Positions 1-11,484 of a stretch of DNA of 64,000 nucleotides are shown here, piece after piece; position 1 is the stretch's first letter; the number at the start of each line of letters is the position of its first letter. Below the pieces are notes generated by a model. The model saw nothing but the letters and a program-made list of their open reading frames with translations, ran no database searches and was not told the origin of the DNA. Location: positions 17,121 through 81,120 of IMG/VR virus record IMGVR_UViG_3300045988_138926; one strand, given 5' to 3'. Both the position numbers and the translations under genes were made by a program. This stretch comes from a virus.

Positions 1-1749
1 ATTCTTTCCAAGTACGTCAATGAAAACCAGAAAGAGATAGACGAGCTTGAAGCACAATTTCGTTCTTTCGCTGAAATCGTTTATGGCAAACAGGAAGAAT
101 CTAAGCGTAACGAGAGGATGGATGCTTTTTTCAGGGATGGCGGGGTTGTTGATCTGAATCAGGTAAAGAAACAAGCTAAGGCTTTTAATATTGCAGAATC
201 AGATGCTAAGAACTGGATATATGACGAGTATGTTAAGCAAACCAGAAAAATGGCTGAAGGTGGACCTACTCAGAAGGAGCTGGAGGAACTTAGAAAGAAT
301 GCTATCGGCTACAATAAGCTTATCAATCAGTTATTTGGACGAACTCTTAATATGACTGTATCTGATGTTAGTGGTCGTGAGCAGATCCTTAATCCTGATT
401 CCAGTGTCAATGCCAACCAGAATCTCCAACATAGAAGCAATTTAGGATACGGCAGGGTAAATGATAAGGCGGTATCTAATTTGCTCGACATAAACCGATG
501 GGCTAACAAGTACAATACGGATGGTGATTTTGATACAGAAGGTTTCCAGAAAGGATACAACAGGCAATTAAATGCATTGTGGGCGTTAGCTGATGTAGGC
601 GCTATTACGAATGCTGATGCAGCCAAGAAATTCAGAGATGAATACGGATTCTGGGGCCAGGACGCCGGAAGCTACGGAGGGAATCAGGCTTATAATTCAT
701 TTGCCGTAGATGATAAGTTTGGTCAGACAACAGCTACTCGTTCTTATTATGGGTTGGACGTTGTTTCGGCAGAGCAAAAAAGATTGTTAAACGAAAAAGG
801 GATAAAGAATTATGTTGACTTATTTGGTGATAAATCTGATGCCGCTAAGAAGATTCTGGGCTCCGATTATAATAAGTTTGTTGCTTTAAGAGATAGTGGG
901 TTAATGCCGGAAATAGACTTCGTTCTTGAGTCTGTTAAACCAGAAATGAAGCCTATTGAGGCCGGTCCCATAGCACCAGGCCTTACACCGCCTAAGATTG
1001 GATCTCCTGGAGGGATAGAGGTAAAACCGAAAGCAAGTACGCCTACGACTGCAACCGACACCGATACAGAGGAGGTGGTTGAAGACAACGGATCTAAAGG
1101 ACAGGGCAGACCGGCGGCGTTCGGTCCTATCTTCCCAGAGATGCTGAGAACGCTCGATACAGGCTTGGAGATAGAAGGTCTGGAAAGACATCAGGCTCCG
1201 AGAATAGATCCGGTTCTTCAATCTGCTGATCAGTATATCAACGAGCTCAACCGCGCGACATCGGCTCAGTTGGACGCAGTAGGTGACGTGCCCGACTCCC
1301 AGCGGGCTGCTATTCTGGCTAATATGAACGCCATAGCTGGAAGCAATATAGCCAAGTACGTTAATGAAGTAAATTTCAATAACGCAAGGCAAATAAACGA
1401 AGCTGATAGATTCAATGAAATGGCTTATGTTCAGACAGATGATAAGAACATAGCAGAAAGGCAACGTTATGAATCTGGGTTGTTGAAAGCTATGGCTATA
1501 AGGGATGAAAATCTTGCTCGTTATTATGACAGTATAAACAGCGAGATACAGAATAAGTTTAATGTTCGAACTTCATTAAATACCATAGCATCCATAGCTC
1601 CGAATATGAGAATGCTTCCAAGTGGTCAAATTATTTACGTTCAAGGCAATCAGGATGTGATGAATATGGGTGATTATTCTACACCTTATTTGAAGAGCTT
1701 GGAGGATGATGAAGAAGATAAATATAAAAAGAGAAGGAGAAATAGCTGA
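1..1749 (+). CDS. 5'-truncated large ORF (at least 583 codons; listed ORF 543 aa from ATG 118), unknown function, virion/late-block protein
   Basis: Frame 1 is open from base 1 with no stop before the ATG at 118, so the gene probably starts upstream of the window. A Pro/Thr-rich linker is present (PPKIGSPGGIEVKPKASTPTTATDTDTEE). The stop overlaps the next start (ATGA at 1746-1752). Confidence 0.8.
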   Translation: MLSKYVNENQKEIDELEAQFRSFAEIVYGKQEESKRNERMDAFFRDGGVVDLNQVKKQAKAFNIAESDAKNWIYDEYVKQTRKMAEGGPTQKELEELRKNAIGYNKLINQLFGRTLNMTVSDVSGREQILNPDSSVNANQNLQHRSNLGYGRVNDKAVSNLLDINRWANKYNTDGDFDTEGFQKGYNRQLNALWALADVGAITNADAAKKFRDEYGFWGQDAGSYGGNQAYNSFAVDDKFGQTTATRSYYGLDVVSAEQKRLLNEKGIKNYVDLFGDKSDAAKKILGSDYNKFVALRDSGLMPEIDFVLESVKPEMKPIEAGPIAPGLTPPKIGSPGGIEVKPKASTPTTATDTDTEEVVEDNGSKGQGRPAAFGPIFPEMLRTLDTGLEIEGLERHQAPRIDPVLQSADQYINELNRATSAQLDAVGDVPDSQRAAILANMNAIAGSNIAKYVNEVNFNNARQINEADRFNEMAYVQTDDKNIAERQRYESGLLKAMAIRDENLARYYDSINSEIQNKFNVRTSLNTIASIAPNMRMLPSGQIIYVQGNQDVMNMGDYSTPYLKSLEDDEEDKYKKRRRNS

Positions 1750-4700
1750 TGGCTTCACAATATAGTATTCTAAGGCAATATGCCCCGTATGTTAGTCCTT
1801 ACAACATAGATCTTGTTAAGGACGTCATGATGTACAAACAGCAGAAGGTTGATGCTGCTCGTGAAAAGATCTATACCCAGGTAGATTACCTTATGGGTCA
1901 AGAGATAGATAAACCTGAAGCCCGCGCTTATATGGAGGATAAGATGTCAGGTGTGATTGCTAACATCAATCAAAAATTCAAAGGCGTGGATCTTTCTTCT
2001 GATGGTGTTACGAGAGCCATACAAGGAGAGATAAGTTCGGTGTTGGATGATACGGTCATTAACGCTATTGCCGGTACAAAAGAAGGCAAGAGGGTTATGA
2101 AGGAAATAGAATCTATAAAACAGAATCATCCTGAACTTTATTCTCCTATTAATGAATGGCATGCTTTGGATCCTTATTACAAATGGAGGTCAGATGGTAA
2201 AGCAGGATCAAGGTTAGGAGGTCTTCATTATTCTCCTTATGTTGATTATACTAAGGAGATAAATAAGCTGGTCAGTGACTTTAGGAAAAACAACGAAGGC
2301 AAGAAGATTCAGACAACAGAATATGATGTTAAAGGTAATCCTACTGGTGGAATCATAGAAGTCAACGTAGATGAGCTTACTGATTCCCAGATAAGGAATT
2401 TTGTGTCTGCTAACTTATCTGAAAACATGAGGAATCAGATGAGAATAGAAGCATCATACATGGCAGCTACCAATCCGGTGTTCAGTAATCCGGATTTGGT
2501 TAGTCAATACATTGGGTCTTATGTCGAAAGATATGATAGGCACATAGGAGCATTGGAAGCAAAAAAGAAATCAGTAGGGGATAATAAGGATATTATTGAT
2601 CGTATTGACAGCCAGATACAGGAAGCTAAAAATCAGAAAGCAGAAGCTAAGAGGGAGGCAGATATAATAATAGCTTCATCAGATCCAGTAGCGGCTGCTA
2701 ATTTTGTTGTTACCAATAATCTTTTCGATAAGATGACTGATGCATGGAGATACGACAATACAAGTTTTGAAAGGAAGAAAGATGATCTTTATTTTGCAAG
2801 GTTGGCAGAGGATAGGGCTCAGCAAAAGTTTTTGACTGATAATGCTAAGTCTATGGTTGAAATATCATTGGCAAAAGAGCAACTTGCTCAGGCTAAGATT
2901 GAAACCGAATACATGCGTACTTACGGTGCCAAGATGGGAACTGAAAGCTCATCCGCAGGCACGACAGGCGCAGGCGGTATAAGGGTTCCTATGGCTCCTA
3001 TGGACGGTCCTACGGCTATTAACTCTGGAACGGGTAAGACAGGATCTATTAACTTGGCTAATATTCCTTATGAGTTACTTAAATCTCATTCTACAGATCG
3101 TAAAGCCAATTTATTGAAATTATATAATTCATTATCTCCTACAGACAGAAGTAATATCGTTGCAGCATCATACGAAGAAGAAAAAACTGACCCAGGATTG
3201 TATGCTAATATGACTCCTGAAGAACGGATATATTCTTATTTAAAAAATAATGGAGGTCAGAAAAACGGATATTTTGGACAAGGAAATAACAGATTGTCTG
3301 AAGCTTATGATGCTTTACTTCTTTCTGATTCTAAGGCAAATGGAGCTACAAAGGCTATAAATAACATAACTGATTATCAAATAGATAATATAGTTACTAA
3401 AAAAAATAAGGATATTATCAGTAAAGTTCGTAATGCTAAGTTTATGAAAGGAAATTCTTTTATAAATCTTACCGATACAGATGATAAGGCTGGAGCCTTC
3501 CTGCTCGCCACAGCCATAACAACTGGTGTATCTGATGCCGTAGGGTTCAGAGAATACATGATGGACCCTTCAAGAGGAATAGATATTCTTAGTGCTATAT
3601 CTCCGTCATTAGGGGCTAAGGTGAGTGCCGGCAAGTTGGGGAAAAACATATCTGATGCTATTACAAGCGAGAATAATGGTTCCTCTACTGGTACATTAGC
3701 TCTTATTAATGGAATGAAGAAACTCAACGGCGATCCTGATTTTAATATATCTGATTATATGACCATAGATAAGGATGGTGATATAGATTTAAAAGATTAT
3801 CAGGAAGGTGAACCATTAACTATTACCCAGCTAAGATATGCTGAGAAAAACAGTAGAGTGTCTGATATGATAGCAGGTCAGATGCAGGATGAGATAAAAA
3901 TGTCTGTATCTCCTGATCAGATTTCTGATAAGTTATCTCAGTATCATTACCTTGATTCTTACAAAAGATACAATTGGAATGCCGATTCACCGGAAAAGTC
4001 TTTGCAGAAGGCTCAGTTTAGAAGATTGTCTGGTTACATGGCAGGAAAGGTAAATAATCTGGATCCTACTGCTATTAATGCCATTAATATGGATGCCGAG
4101 ATAGATAATGGCACTGTTAGAAGATTCTTGACTGCTCAAGTAGGTTCCGGTAAAAATTCTTATGTTACAGAAAGGGTTGAGATTACGAATGACGAGCTTC
4201 TTAAGGCGGGTATAGATCCTTCGGTCGAGGAGCGTAATTATCCGGTGGATGGTTACAAATCAAGTTTTGGAACCTGTGATTTTGTAGATACCGGAAAGAA
4301 GGAAGGTTATTCTTATGATAAGTATCTTATACGTAATGGTCTTCCCCGTTTGGCTTCTAAGGCTGATGTTAAGAATGATCTTTATGATATAGTAAAGGTT
4401 CATGGTTCTTACCTTAAGCCAGAAGAAATGAATGTTGTTAAAACCCTTGTTGATAATTTTATTGACATGTCTGATAATATATCAGTTCAGTTGGAGGGAA
4501 TGGACGATAGGGGTTCAAGAGAGGTAGCGGTCAATTTCTATGACAAAAGGACTAAAAATTCTAAAAATCCTGCATTGTTGTTCTCGGATTTTGTTCCTTT
4601 GGATCCAGGTAATGATGAGTATGCGGATTACTGGAATAGCATTCACCAGAAGTGTCCTCAGTACTTCTTTGTAAAATATGTGAAGGAGGCTGTTCAAGAA

Positions 4701-4808
4701 CGTCTTGATCAGATGAGGGATCCGTATATGAGAGGAATAAATATCACGCCCAATATGAATGACAAGTTTAGTAAGTTGAACGATTTTTTGCAGAAAATTT
4801 ATGGCTGA
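1749..4808 (+). CDS. hypothetical large protein, 1019 aa, unknown function (virion/late block)
   Basis: Long uninterrupted ORF. Its start overlaps the upstream stop and its stop overlaps the next start (ATGGCTGA), i.e. translational coupling. No motif recognisable by eye. Confidence 0.85.
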   Translation: MASQYSILRQYAPYVSPYNIDLVKDVMMYKQQKVDAAREKIYTQVDYLMGQEIDKPEARAYMEDKMSGVIANINQKFKGVDLSSDGVTRAIQGEISSVLDDTVINAIAGTKEGKRVMKEIESIKQNHPELYSPINEWHALDPYYKWRSDGKAGSRLGGLHYSPYVDYTKEINKLVSDFRKNNEGKKIQTTEYDVKGNPTGGIIEVNVDELTDSQIRNFVSANLSENMRNQMRIEASYMAATNPVFSNPDLVSQYIGSYVERYDRHIGALEAKKKSVGDNKDIIDRIDSQIQEAKNQKAEAKREADIIIASSDPVAAANFVVTNNLFDKMTDAWRYDNTSFERKKDDLYFARLAEDRAQQKFLTDNAKSMVEISLAKEQLAQAKIETEYMRTYGAKMGTESSSAGTTGAGGIRVPMAPMDGPTAINSGTGKTGSINLANIPYELLKSHSTDRKANLLKLYNSLSPTDRSNIVAASYEEEKTDPGLYANMTPEERIYSYLKNNGGQKNGYFGQGNNRLSEAYDALLLSDSKANGATKAINNITDYQIDNIVTKKNKDIISKVRNAKFMKGNSFINLTDTDDKAGAFLLATAITTGVSDAVGFREYMMDPSRGIDILSAISPSLGAKVSAGKLGKNISDAITSENNGSSTGTLALINGMKKLNGDPDFNISDYMTIDKDGDIDLKDYQEGEPLTITQLRYAEKNSRVSDMIAGQMQDEIKMSVSPDQISDKLSQYHYLDSYKRYNWNADSPEKSLQKAQFRRLSGYMAGKVNNLDPTAINAINMDAEIDNGTVRRFLTAQVGSGKNSYVTERVEITNDELLKAGIDPSVEERNYPVDGYKSSFGTCDFVDTGKKEGYSYDKYLIRNGLPRLASKADVKNDLYDIVKVHGSYLKPEEMNVVKTLVDNFIDMSDNISVQLEGMDDRGSREVAVNFYDKRTKNSKNPALLFSDFVPLDPGNDEYADYWNSIHQKCPQYFFVKYVKEAVQERLDQMRDPYMRGINITPNMNDKFSKLNDFLQKIYG

Positions 4809-7800
4809 CAATAATATAGATAGATATAATCCTGCTGCTAAAACCACTTACGAAGATGTGGCAAGGCAAAGGAAATTAGCCGAAGAAGAGAATTACACTC
4901 CGGCTACATTACCAGAGACGACAACACCTCTGGTTCCTAATTATATGCCTGGTGAAGGTGTGTATGCCCAACCTAAATTTCCGGATTACGCATCAAGGAT
5001 AGCTGCTGCCGAATACGAAGAACCGTATATAGCCAAGGAGATAAGCAACAGCTACTCGGAGGCACTGGCTCGTAACAGCTACAGGGGGGCTACACCTGCC
5101 CCGCCGCCTCTTAATCCCTATGGACCGAAGGTAAGTATCCGTGAAAGTCATCAGATGGGTAATGATGGGGTATGGCGTACAAAATATCCCAACTATATTC
5201 CGGGTATAAACAATGAGGATTATTATGCCAGAAGACAGAGCGGATGGAGTAAGTTTTGGAATGGTGTAGGCAAATTCGCTTTAAAGTCCGCATTGTACGG
5301 TGCGCAAGGAGTTGTGTCATTGCCTGACAAACTTATCAATATGGCATCTGAGGGAAGTTACAAAGCTGCGTTAAACACTAACATGGATAAGTTTGTAGGT
5401 GATCTTGACCAGCAAATAGACATGCTTCTTCCCCATTATTACAAGAAAGAGGTAGAAGATTATAATTTTGGTCAGAAGCTTTTTAAGGATACCGGTAATT
5501 TCTTGTGGAATGACGTCCTTGGTAATGGTATGTCTTTTACCGTAGGAGCCATGATATCAGCGTACATGACCGGAGGACTTGGAGTTGGATCATTGGGTAA
5601 TATAGGCGCTAAATTAGGTGGAAGAATCGGAGCTAAGTTAGCAGCAAGGCAAGCTGCCAATAGGGGCATAGGAAGCCTTAAAAGCGTGTTTAACGACTAT
5701 GTAAGAAAAGGAGTTGCTACCGGAAGAAATGTAGGGGAGGCGGCTAAGACCATGACGTTGTTGGCTACCAGTGCCGGATTCGAGTCATCGGTTGAAGCAA
5801 ATTCTTTTATGAAGCAATCTGAGTCTGATTTCAAGGATTATTATCGTAAGATTTATGGTCGTGATCCCAATGCAGAGGAAATGGCTGTTTTTCGTAATTC
5901 TAATGCTGATGTAGGTAGTGCTATATTTGCCGCCAATATGGGTATCATAGGATTATCTAACTGGCTTCTTTTTGGTAAGTATATAGGGTTAGGAGGCAAG
6001 GCTATACCAGGGTTGGAAAAGAGGCTCAACAAGCATTTATTTGGATTAGGGACGGAAGTTGCTAAGCCGGGAGAGATGGCTATTAAAATAACCAATCCCA
6101 ATATAGGACAGAAGATAGCAGGCAATGTTTTCAATATCATGAAAAGACCGGTATCTGAAGGCTTATGGGAAGAAGGATCTCAAGGTGCTGTTCAGAATAC
6201 GGCTGAGGAATATGTTAAGTCAAGATATGATAATGTCGCCATGAACGGAGCCGTTGATGTTCTTGATGCTATTTCTGAAGGATTTAAAAAGCAATATACG
6301 TCTAAAGAAGGATGGACTGAAATAGGAATCGGTGCTATTATCGGTTCTTTGTTTGGTATGAGAGAAGGCTTCTTTGGGGTGAAAGAGTATAGTAATAGTC
6401 AGATCTTGCTGGAAAGGCAAGTGAATGAATATAACAAAGCATCTTCTAATCTTAACACGGCGGCTTTGAATACGTTGAAAAAATCAATGAGTTTAGGGCC
6501 TCAAGTTCGTTCCGATGCCCAGTCTATGACTGGTAAGGAGCTTGATGATGCTATGTTTGAAAAGATGTCTATTGACAACCAAATGGGAACCTTAGAGGAT
6601 TCGGCTGAAAATTTCCGGCAGATGATTGATATGATGCCTATTTCGGAAATAGCCGAAGCTAATGGAATGTCTTTAGAAGAGGCAAAGAAATACAAGGATT
6701 CTATTATTGATAATTATAACAATCGTCTTTCGGATTTCAGATCTGCCCAGAGTTTTGCCGAAGATCTTATAGGTGATGACTCTAAGATTGAATTTAGAAA
6801 ATACGTGGCTCGTAATGCCTTCCTTGGTCTTCAATCAGAATCAAGAATGAAAGACATAGCTTCTGTCATAGAAACGCTTTCAGGACAGCCTCGCGTGGCA
6901 GATGCGCTAAGTACGTTCTCCCGGCTGTCGGACAGAGCAAGGGAGCGGGCGATGGCTATCCGTGGCATACGGTCAAGGATAGAAGAACTTGAATCCGAAA
7001 TAGAAGATCTTGCTACCCGCCCTCGTAACGTAGAAGGGAAAGATCCACAAGCTGAATCCATACAACGAAAAACCAAAGAATTGGAAAGCCTTAGAACCAA
7101 TTATAATAATTCGTTGTCTGAGTTATCAACGTTAATAGGAAAAGAGTTTTCGATAGAAGAGCTGGTAAGTAAAACCGAATCTGTTTTATCTTCTCCTCTT
7201 TCTCCCATAAGTTCACAAGATGTGATAGAAGCCTATGATACGCTTGTGGCTTTTGATGATTATTTTAATGTAAAATCAAGACAGGAAAAGAAGTTTACAG
7301 CCAAAGACAAAGCCATGAGATCCTTGGTAAATGAATACCGAAGGAGTTTGATGGACTATAGGAATATGAATAACTTCTTGTCTAAGATGCTTGATAAAAG
7401 ATTCTTAGCTAAGGAAAATAGGGGATTTTCAAAAGCGCTGTCTTCTCTATGGTCTACTCCTTATAAAGGGGATGACAAGGTTCCTGATTTTGCAGAGCCT
7501 AATAAAGTTGGTGAATATGACACTGATGAGGTAGTAGATCAAGCTGTGTCAGAAGGTAAGATTTCGGAAGACGAAGCTTGGACTATCAAGGCTTTTATGC
7601 ATGCTCTTGATAAAGTAAGGGAAGATAGGATGAAGGAAGCAGAAGATGATATAAAAGAGTCACCGCTTACGGAGTCTGTATCGGATGAAGATTATGAGGC
7701 TGCTATGGATAATCCTATTATGGTTCCGGCCGTAAGGCAGTCTATAATTGATAAACTATATACAGGTAATGCCGATCTTCTTACTGCGAGAGAAAAAGAT

Positions 7801-10800
7801 GTGTATGATAAATACAAACAAGATTTTGATGATTATGTATCGTCTTTGGGTGACAGTCCTGTTAATCTCATAAAATCATTATCTGAGAAGGCTGATAGGC
7901 TTACAAGTCCGAGATCTGTGTATGAGGATAATAAAGCTATTATTGATATGGCTAAATCCAATTTAGAACCAGATCAAAGGAAGGAACTTGATGATGCTAT
8001 TTCTTCGTATGTTGATATAATGAACAGACGGGATAAAGGGGAGAAGGTTGACGAAGATAAGCTTGCCGATTCTGTATTTACCATAGAAGATCTTGGCCAG
8101 GTTGGAAACATCACAGATCTCCTTCCTTATATCGAACAAAACAGGATTATTGATAAAGGTCGTATTTCCGAATCTACGTTAAGTAATTTTGGGGAGGATG
8201 ATACCAATATAGATTCTCTTGTAAATGAGTTAGATGAATCCGATAATACGCCTGGAGCTAACATAGATAGTGCCCAAAATCCAGAGACGTTGATGGTTAG
8301 AAGAATATCCAACGATGGCAACGAAAGGTATGAAATTGCGGGTCTTAGAGCCGATAAATTTATATCTTCTATAAAATCATTGGTTCCTATTCAAATAAGC
8401 TCTGAAACGAACGCTAATGGTACTAAAAGGTATTCTCTTAACATAGGTGGAGAAACGGCTACTATAATTGAACTGCCTTATCATGCGAGATGGTCTATAG
8501 ACAAAGAATCGGCTCGTGTTCTTAACCGTTACACAGACGTGTCTATTCAGGACGTGGGTAATTCCTATTCTTTGGTTTATAAGCGTCTTGATTCAGATGA
8601 ATTGGTTCCGTACAGAACGGGTGTCGGATTCGGAGAGAATGAGGTAGATAAAATAGATCAGGAAGCATTATCTTCTTTGAAAAAAGGAGATAAGGTTAAT
8701 CTCGAAATAGATGTAAATGATACTTATAATCAGTCTCTTTTTGCCGAATACAATGATGCTGTTCAGTCCGGCGATAAAAAAAGAATAGAATCTGCTGAGA
8801 ATAAACTGGTGTCCAATATGGTTATCAAGGTCATGAGTGGGAACAGATTCGTTTCTGTTGTAAAAGCTGATACAGGAGGCATAGATGGTATAAGTAAAAT
8901 AAGAAGAACGGCTTTTAACAAGTGGAAGAAGGACGCCGGCCGGTCGGCTACCATCGGCGTCGGCACGCATGTTGTTGCCCAGACCCTTCCCGGAAGACCG
9001 GTGTTTAACATGAAGGTGAACGGTCAAGGATATGGCCAGATAGAAAATCTCCCTATTACCGAAAAAGGTGCTGAAAAAGTATCTGATGTTGGATATGTAT
9101 TAAATGGCAAAGTCGTGCTTAAGAACGGATCTAAATACACAGGCTTCCCATTTGCTTATTCTATATTAAATGACAAGGGGAATAATTACAAAAATGTAAG
9201 AGTTCCGGTAGTCGTCATCAAAGGTAAAAACGGTCTTAATTATCTTTTCCCAGTTAGCCTACGTTCTGTAGAATCAGAGGAAGGGCAGAAATGGATGTCT
9301 TTTATAGATATGCTGCTTGAATCTGGTGATTCTGAATTGCTACAGATGGGTCAAGATGACATACAAGATCTTAATGCGTATCTAACCAAGTTAGGTCTTG
9401 ATCCGGCTTCGTATCAAGTATCGTATTTGAATCCTATTTCAGGGCTTAGAAAAGCTCGTGAGGCTATAGAAAAATTATCTACGGTTCCTGATGTTGTTAA
9501 GTGGGTAGAAGATGAAAGCAGGAATGTGAAAGACATTGTGACGTCTGAAGTAGAATCTGGAATAGATTTCGAAGGTGAGATGTTTGTCGCTCCTAAGATC
9601 AGGATTCAGTTTGGCAAATCATCTTCCAGACCTAAATCGCTTATAGAGGATGATCTTCCTTTCTCTGATGAGGGTAAGACCGTTACTTCTAAGGTAGAAG
9701 ATGTGGAAGTTTATGAAGAGGAAATGCCAGAGGAAGGGGCTGTCCGGGAGACTCAGCCGGCGCCATTAGCTCAGCCGGCTCCTGCGGCACAAGCTGCACA
9801 GTCTTTACCTGGCAAGAAGCGTACCTCCAGGAAAAACTTCTCTCTTATGTTAAACGAAATAGAATCTCATATAGAAAAAGAAGGATTGCTGTCTTATGCT
9901 AATATTTTTGATTTTATAGCAAGAAAGATTGTAGGAGGTGATTTGAGGTTTCTTCGTGAGAGAGGTAATCCTAAAAGTCTTAAGGAGGAAATGGGATTAG
10001 AACCTAAAGGAACAGTAGGTGATAAAATATCCACTCCTTCCAGTAAAGGTGGTAAGACCTTAGAAGAATACGTTTCTTGGCTTCGTTCTCAAACAGATCA
10101 GGTGGTGGTTGATTATGTTGGTCCAAGATCTGACGAACAAATTATATCAGAGTTGAAAAACTTTTTGAAATATATTAATTTTGTTCCAAGCAAGGCTTTG
10201 AATTATTCTCTTAGAGTCAATGGCATGGATGCCCTAAAAGAATATGGCACAAAAGAGGAAGTAGAAAAAATGGAATCTGACATCAATAGTTTGGTTTCTG
10301 AAGTTTTGCCTACGGTAGATAATCAAACTGTAGAAGATGTTTCTACTGCAATAGAATCAAATAACCTGCCTGCCATATGGAGACCTATGGAAAGCCTTGA
10401 TATGACAAACGAGGAAAAAATAGAGTTTTTGAATAACGTAGCAGATTTCCTTAGCGGCATTCCAGAGTATGATGCTGTTGTGGAGTCTATAGAGTCAGAA
10501 TCAGATAATATTTTAAATGATGGAAAAGAAGGAAGTGCAGAAGGCGGTGCAGTACGCGCTGAGGAAGATGGCGATAAAAAGGGAGATGGAAAAAGAGAAG
10601 GACAACCCAGAGATGATGGCAAAGCTGAGGGAGATGTCTATTTACCTGGATCTGAAGAAGGAAGAGTAGATAACTATAAGAAGAACGGAGATAAGTTCTC
10701 TGATATTGCCGAAGTTACTTTATGGTTACTTAGAAGGGCTGCCGGCATAACCTCTATCCCGGAAGGAGAAGAGGTTTATGTAGAGGGGGATGAAGTTAAT

Positions 10801-11445
10801 AGCATTATGACCGATATGGAATCAAGGTACGGGATAGACACCATCAACCACTCGCATACGACTAAGGCTATAAGGGATCTTAACGGCGTATCAGGTTATA
10901 AAGTAGAATACGGCTTAACCTTTTTAACATACGATCCTTTTATTAGAATATCCAATCCAAGGAAAGAATCTAAGGCCGAGAAAGACGAACCTCGTATATC
11001 CGAAGAACCGCTTACTCACATATCAAGGGTAACAACCCCTTATTTCCTGTACGGCGGTGATGAAGCATATACATCTGTTCCGGCTAAGGTAGAACCTATA
11101 CCGGAGAAGATAATGGGTCGTAATGGCATTAAATTTGGTATGAGTGTAGTCGAGTTAACCAAATTAGGGTACAAAAAAGCTGGTGGAAACTGGATATATA
11201 AATTCTATATGAACTCAGGTGTGTATGATTTGTATAATATCAGTACCGGTGAAGCGTTTAGGGTAAAACCGGATCTTGGAGTTAAGATAAGTTCCAGTGC
11301 ATTCATCCGTTCTTTATCTCAATCTGGTAGAAAAATACAAAATATGATGAGTAATATGAGCCAGGAAGAGATAGATAGGAATAAGAATCTTGTAGAAGGT
11401 TCTGATAATTCGGATTCGATAAATGAGTTAAATAAGGAGTGTTGA
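4801..11445 (+). CDS. giant protein, 2214 aa, unknown function (candidate virion/injected or tail-associated protein)
   Basis: 6.6 kb ORF, third in the coupled chain. It has acidic low-complexity tracts (EGSAEGGAVRAEEDGDKKGDGKREG...) and a Pro/Ala/Gln linker (QPAPLAQPAPAAQAAQ). Many antisense shadow ORFs lie inside it. Confidence 0.9.
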   Translation: MADNNIDRYNPAAKTTYEDVARQRKLAEEENYTPATLPETTTPLVPNYMPGEGVYAQPKFPDYASRIAAAEYEEPYIAKEISNSYSEALARNSYRGATPAPPPLNPYGPKVSIRESHQMGNDGVWRTKYPNYIPGINNEDYYARRQSGWSKFWNGVGKFALKSALYGAQGVVSLPDKLINMASEGSYKAALNTNMDKFVGDLDQQIDMLLPHYYKKEVEDYNFGQKLFKDTGNFLWNDVLGNGMSFTVGAMISAYMTGGLGVGSLGNIGAKLGGRIGAKLAARQAANRGIGSLKSVFNDYVRKGVATGRNVGEAAKTMTLLATSAGFESSVEANSFMKQSESDFKDYYRKIYGRDPNAEEMAVFRNSNADVGSAIFAANMGIIGLSNWLLFGKYIGLGGKAIPGLEKRLNKHLFGLGTEVAKPGEMAIKITNPNIGQKIAGNVFNIMKRPVSEGLWEEGSQGAVQNTAEEYVKSRYDNVAMNGAVDVLDAISEGFKKQYTSKEGWTEIGIGAIIGSLFGMREGFFGVKEYSNSQILLERQVNEYNKASSNLNTAALNTLKKSMSLGPQVRSDAQSMTGKELDDAMFEKMSIDNQMGTLEDSAENFRQMIDMMPISEIAEANGMSLEEAKKYKDSIIDNYNNRLSDFRSAQSFAEDLIGDDSKIEFRKYVARNAFLGLQSESRMKDIASVIETLSGQPRVADALSTFSRLSDRARERAMAIRGIRSRIEELESEIEDLATRPRNVEGKDPQAESIQRKTKELESLRTNYNNSLSELSTLIGKEFSIEELVSKTESVLSSPLSPISSQDVIEAYDTLVAFDDYFNVKSRQEKKFTAKDKAMRSLVNEYRRSLMDYRNMNNFLSKMLDKRFLAKENRGFSKALSSLWSTPYKGDDKVPDFAEPNKVGEYDTDEVVDQAVSEGKISEDEAWTIKAFMHALDKVREDRMKEAEDDIKESPLTESVSDEDYEAAMDNPIMVPAVRQSIIDKLYTGNADLLTAREKDVYDKYKQDFDDYVSSLGDSPVNLIKSLSEKADRLTSPRSVYEDNKAIIDMAKSNLEPDQRKELDDAISSYVDIMNRRDKGEKVDEDKLADSVFTIEDLGQVGNITDLLPYIEQNRIIDKGRISESTLSNFGEDDTNIDSLVNELDESDNTPGANIDSAQNPETLMVRRISNDGNERYEIAGLRADKFISSIKSLVPIQISSETNANGTKRYSLNIGGETATIIELPYHARWSIDKESARVLNRYTDVSIQDVGNSYSLVYKRLDSDELVPYRTGVGFGENEVDKIDQEALSSLKKGDKVNLEIDVNDTYNQSLFAEYNDAVQSGDKKRIESAENKLVSNMVIKVMSGNRFVSVVKADTGGIDGISKIRRTAFNKWKKDAGRSATIGVGTHVVAQTLPGRPVFNMKVNGQGYGQIENLPITEKGAEKVSDVGYVLNGKVVLKNGSKYTGFPFAYSILNDKGNNYKNVRVPVVVIKGKNGLNYLFPVSLRSVESEEGQKWMSFIDMLLESGDSELLQMGQDDIQDLNAYLTKLGLDPASYQVSYLNPISGLRKAREAIEKLSTVPDVVKWVEDESRNVKDIVTSEVESGIDFEGEMFVAPKIRIQFGKSSSRPKSLIEDDLPFSDEGKTVTSKVEDVEVYEEEMPEEGAVRETQPAPLAQPAPAAQAAQSLPGKKRTSRKNFSLMLNEIESHIEKEGLLSYANIFDFIARKIVGGDLRFLRERGNPKSLKEEMGLEPKGTVGDKISTPSSKGGKTLEEYVSWLRSQTDQVVVDYVGPRSDEQIISELKNFLKYINFVPSKALNYSLRVNGMDALKEYGTKEEVEKMESDINSLVSEVLPTVDNQTVEDVSTAIESNNLPAIWRPMESLDMTNEEKIEFLNNVADFLSGIPEYDAVVESIESESDNILNDGKEGSAEGGAVRAEEDGDKKGDGKREGQPRDDGKAEGDVYLPGSEEGRVDNYKKNGDKFSDIAEVTLWLLRRAAGITSIPEGEEVYVEGDEVNSIMTDMESRYGIDTINHSHTTKAIRDLNGVSGYKVEYGLTFLTYDPFIRISNPRKESKAEKDEPRISEEPLTHISRVTTPYFLYGGDEAYTSVPAKVEPIPEKIMGRNGIKFGMSVVELTKLGYKKAGGNWIYKFYMNSGVYDLYNISTGEAFRVKPDLGVKISSSAFIRSLSQSGRKIQNMMSNMSQEEIDRNKNLVEGSDNSDSINELNKEC

Positions 11446-11484
11446 GTATGAGAAGGAGATTTTTTTAATGCTGCGGATAATTTT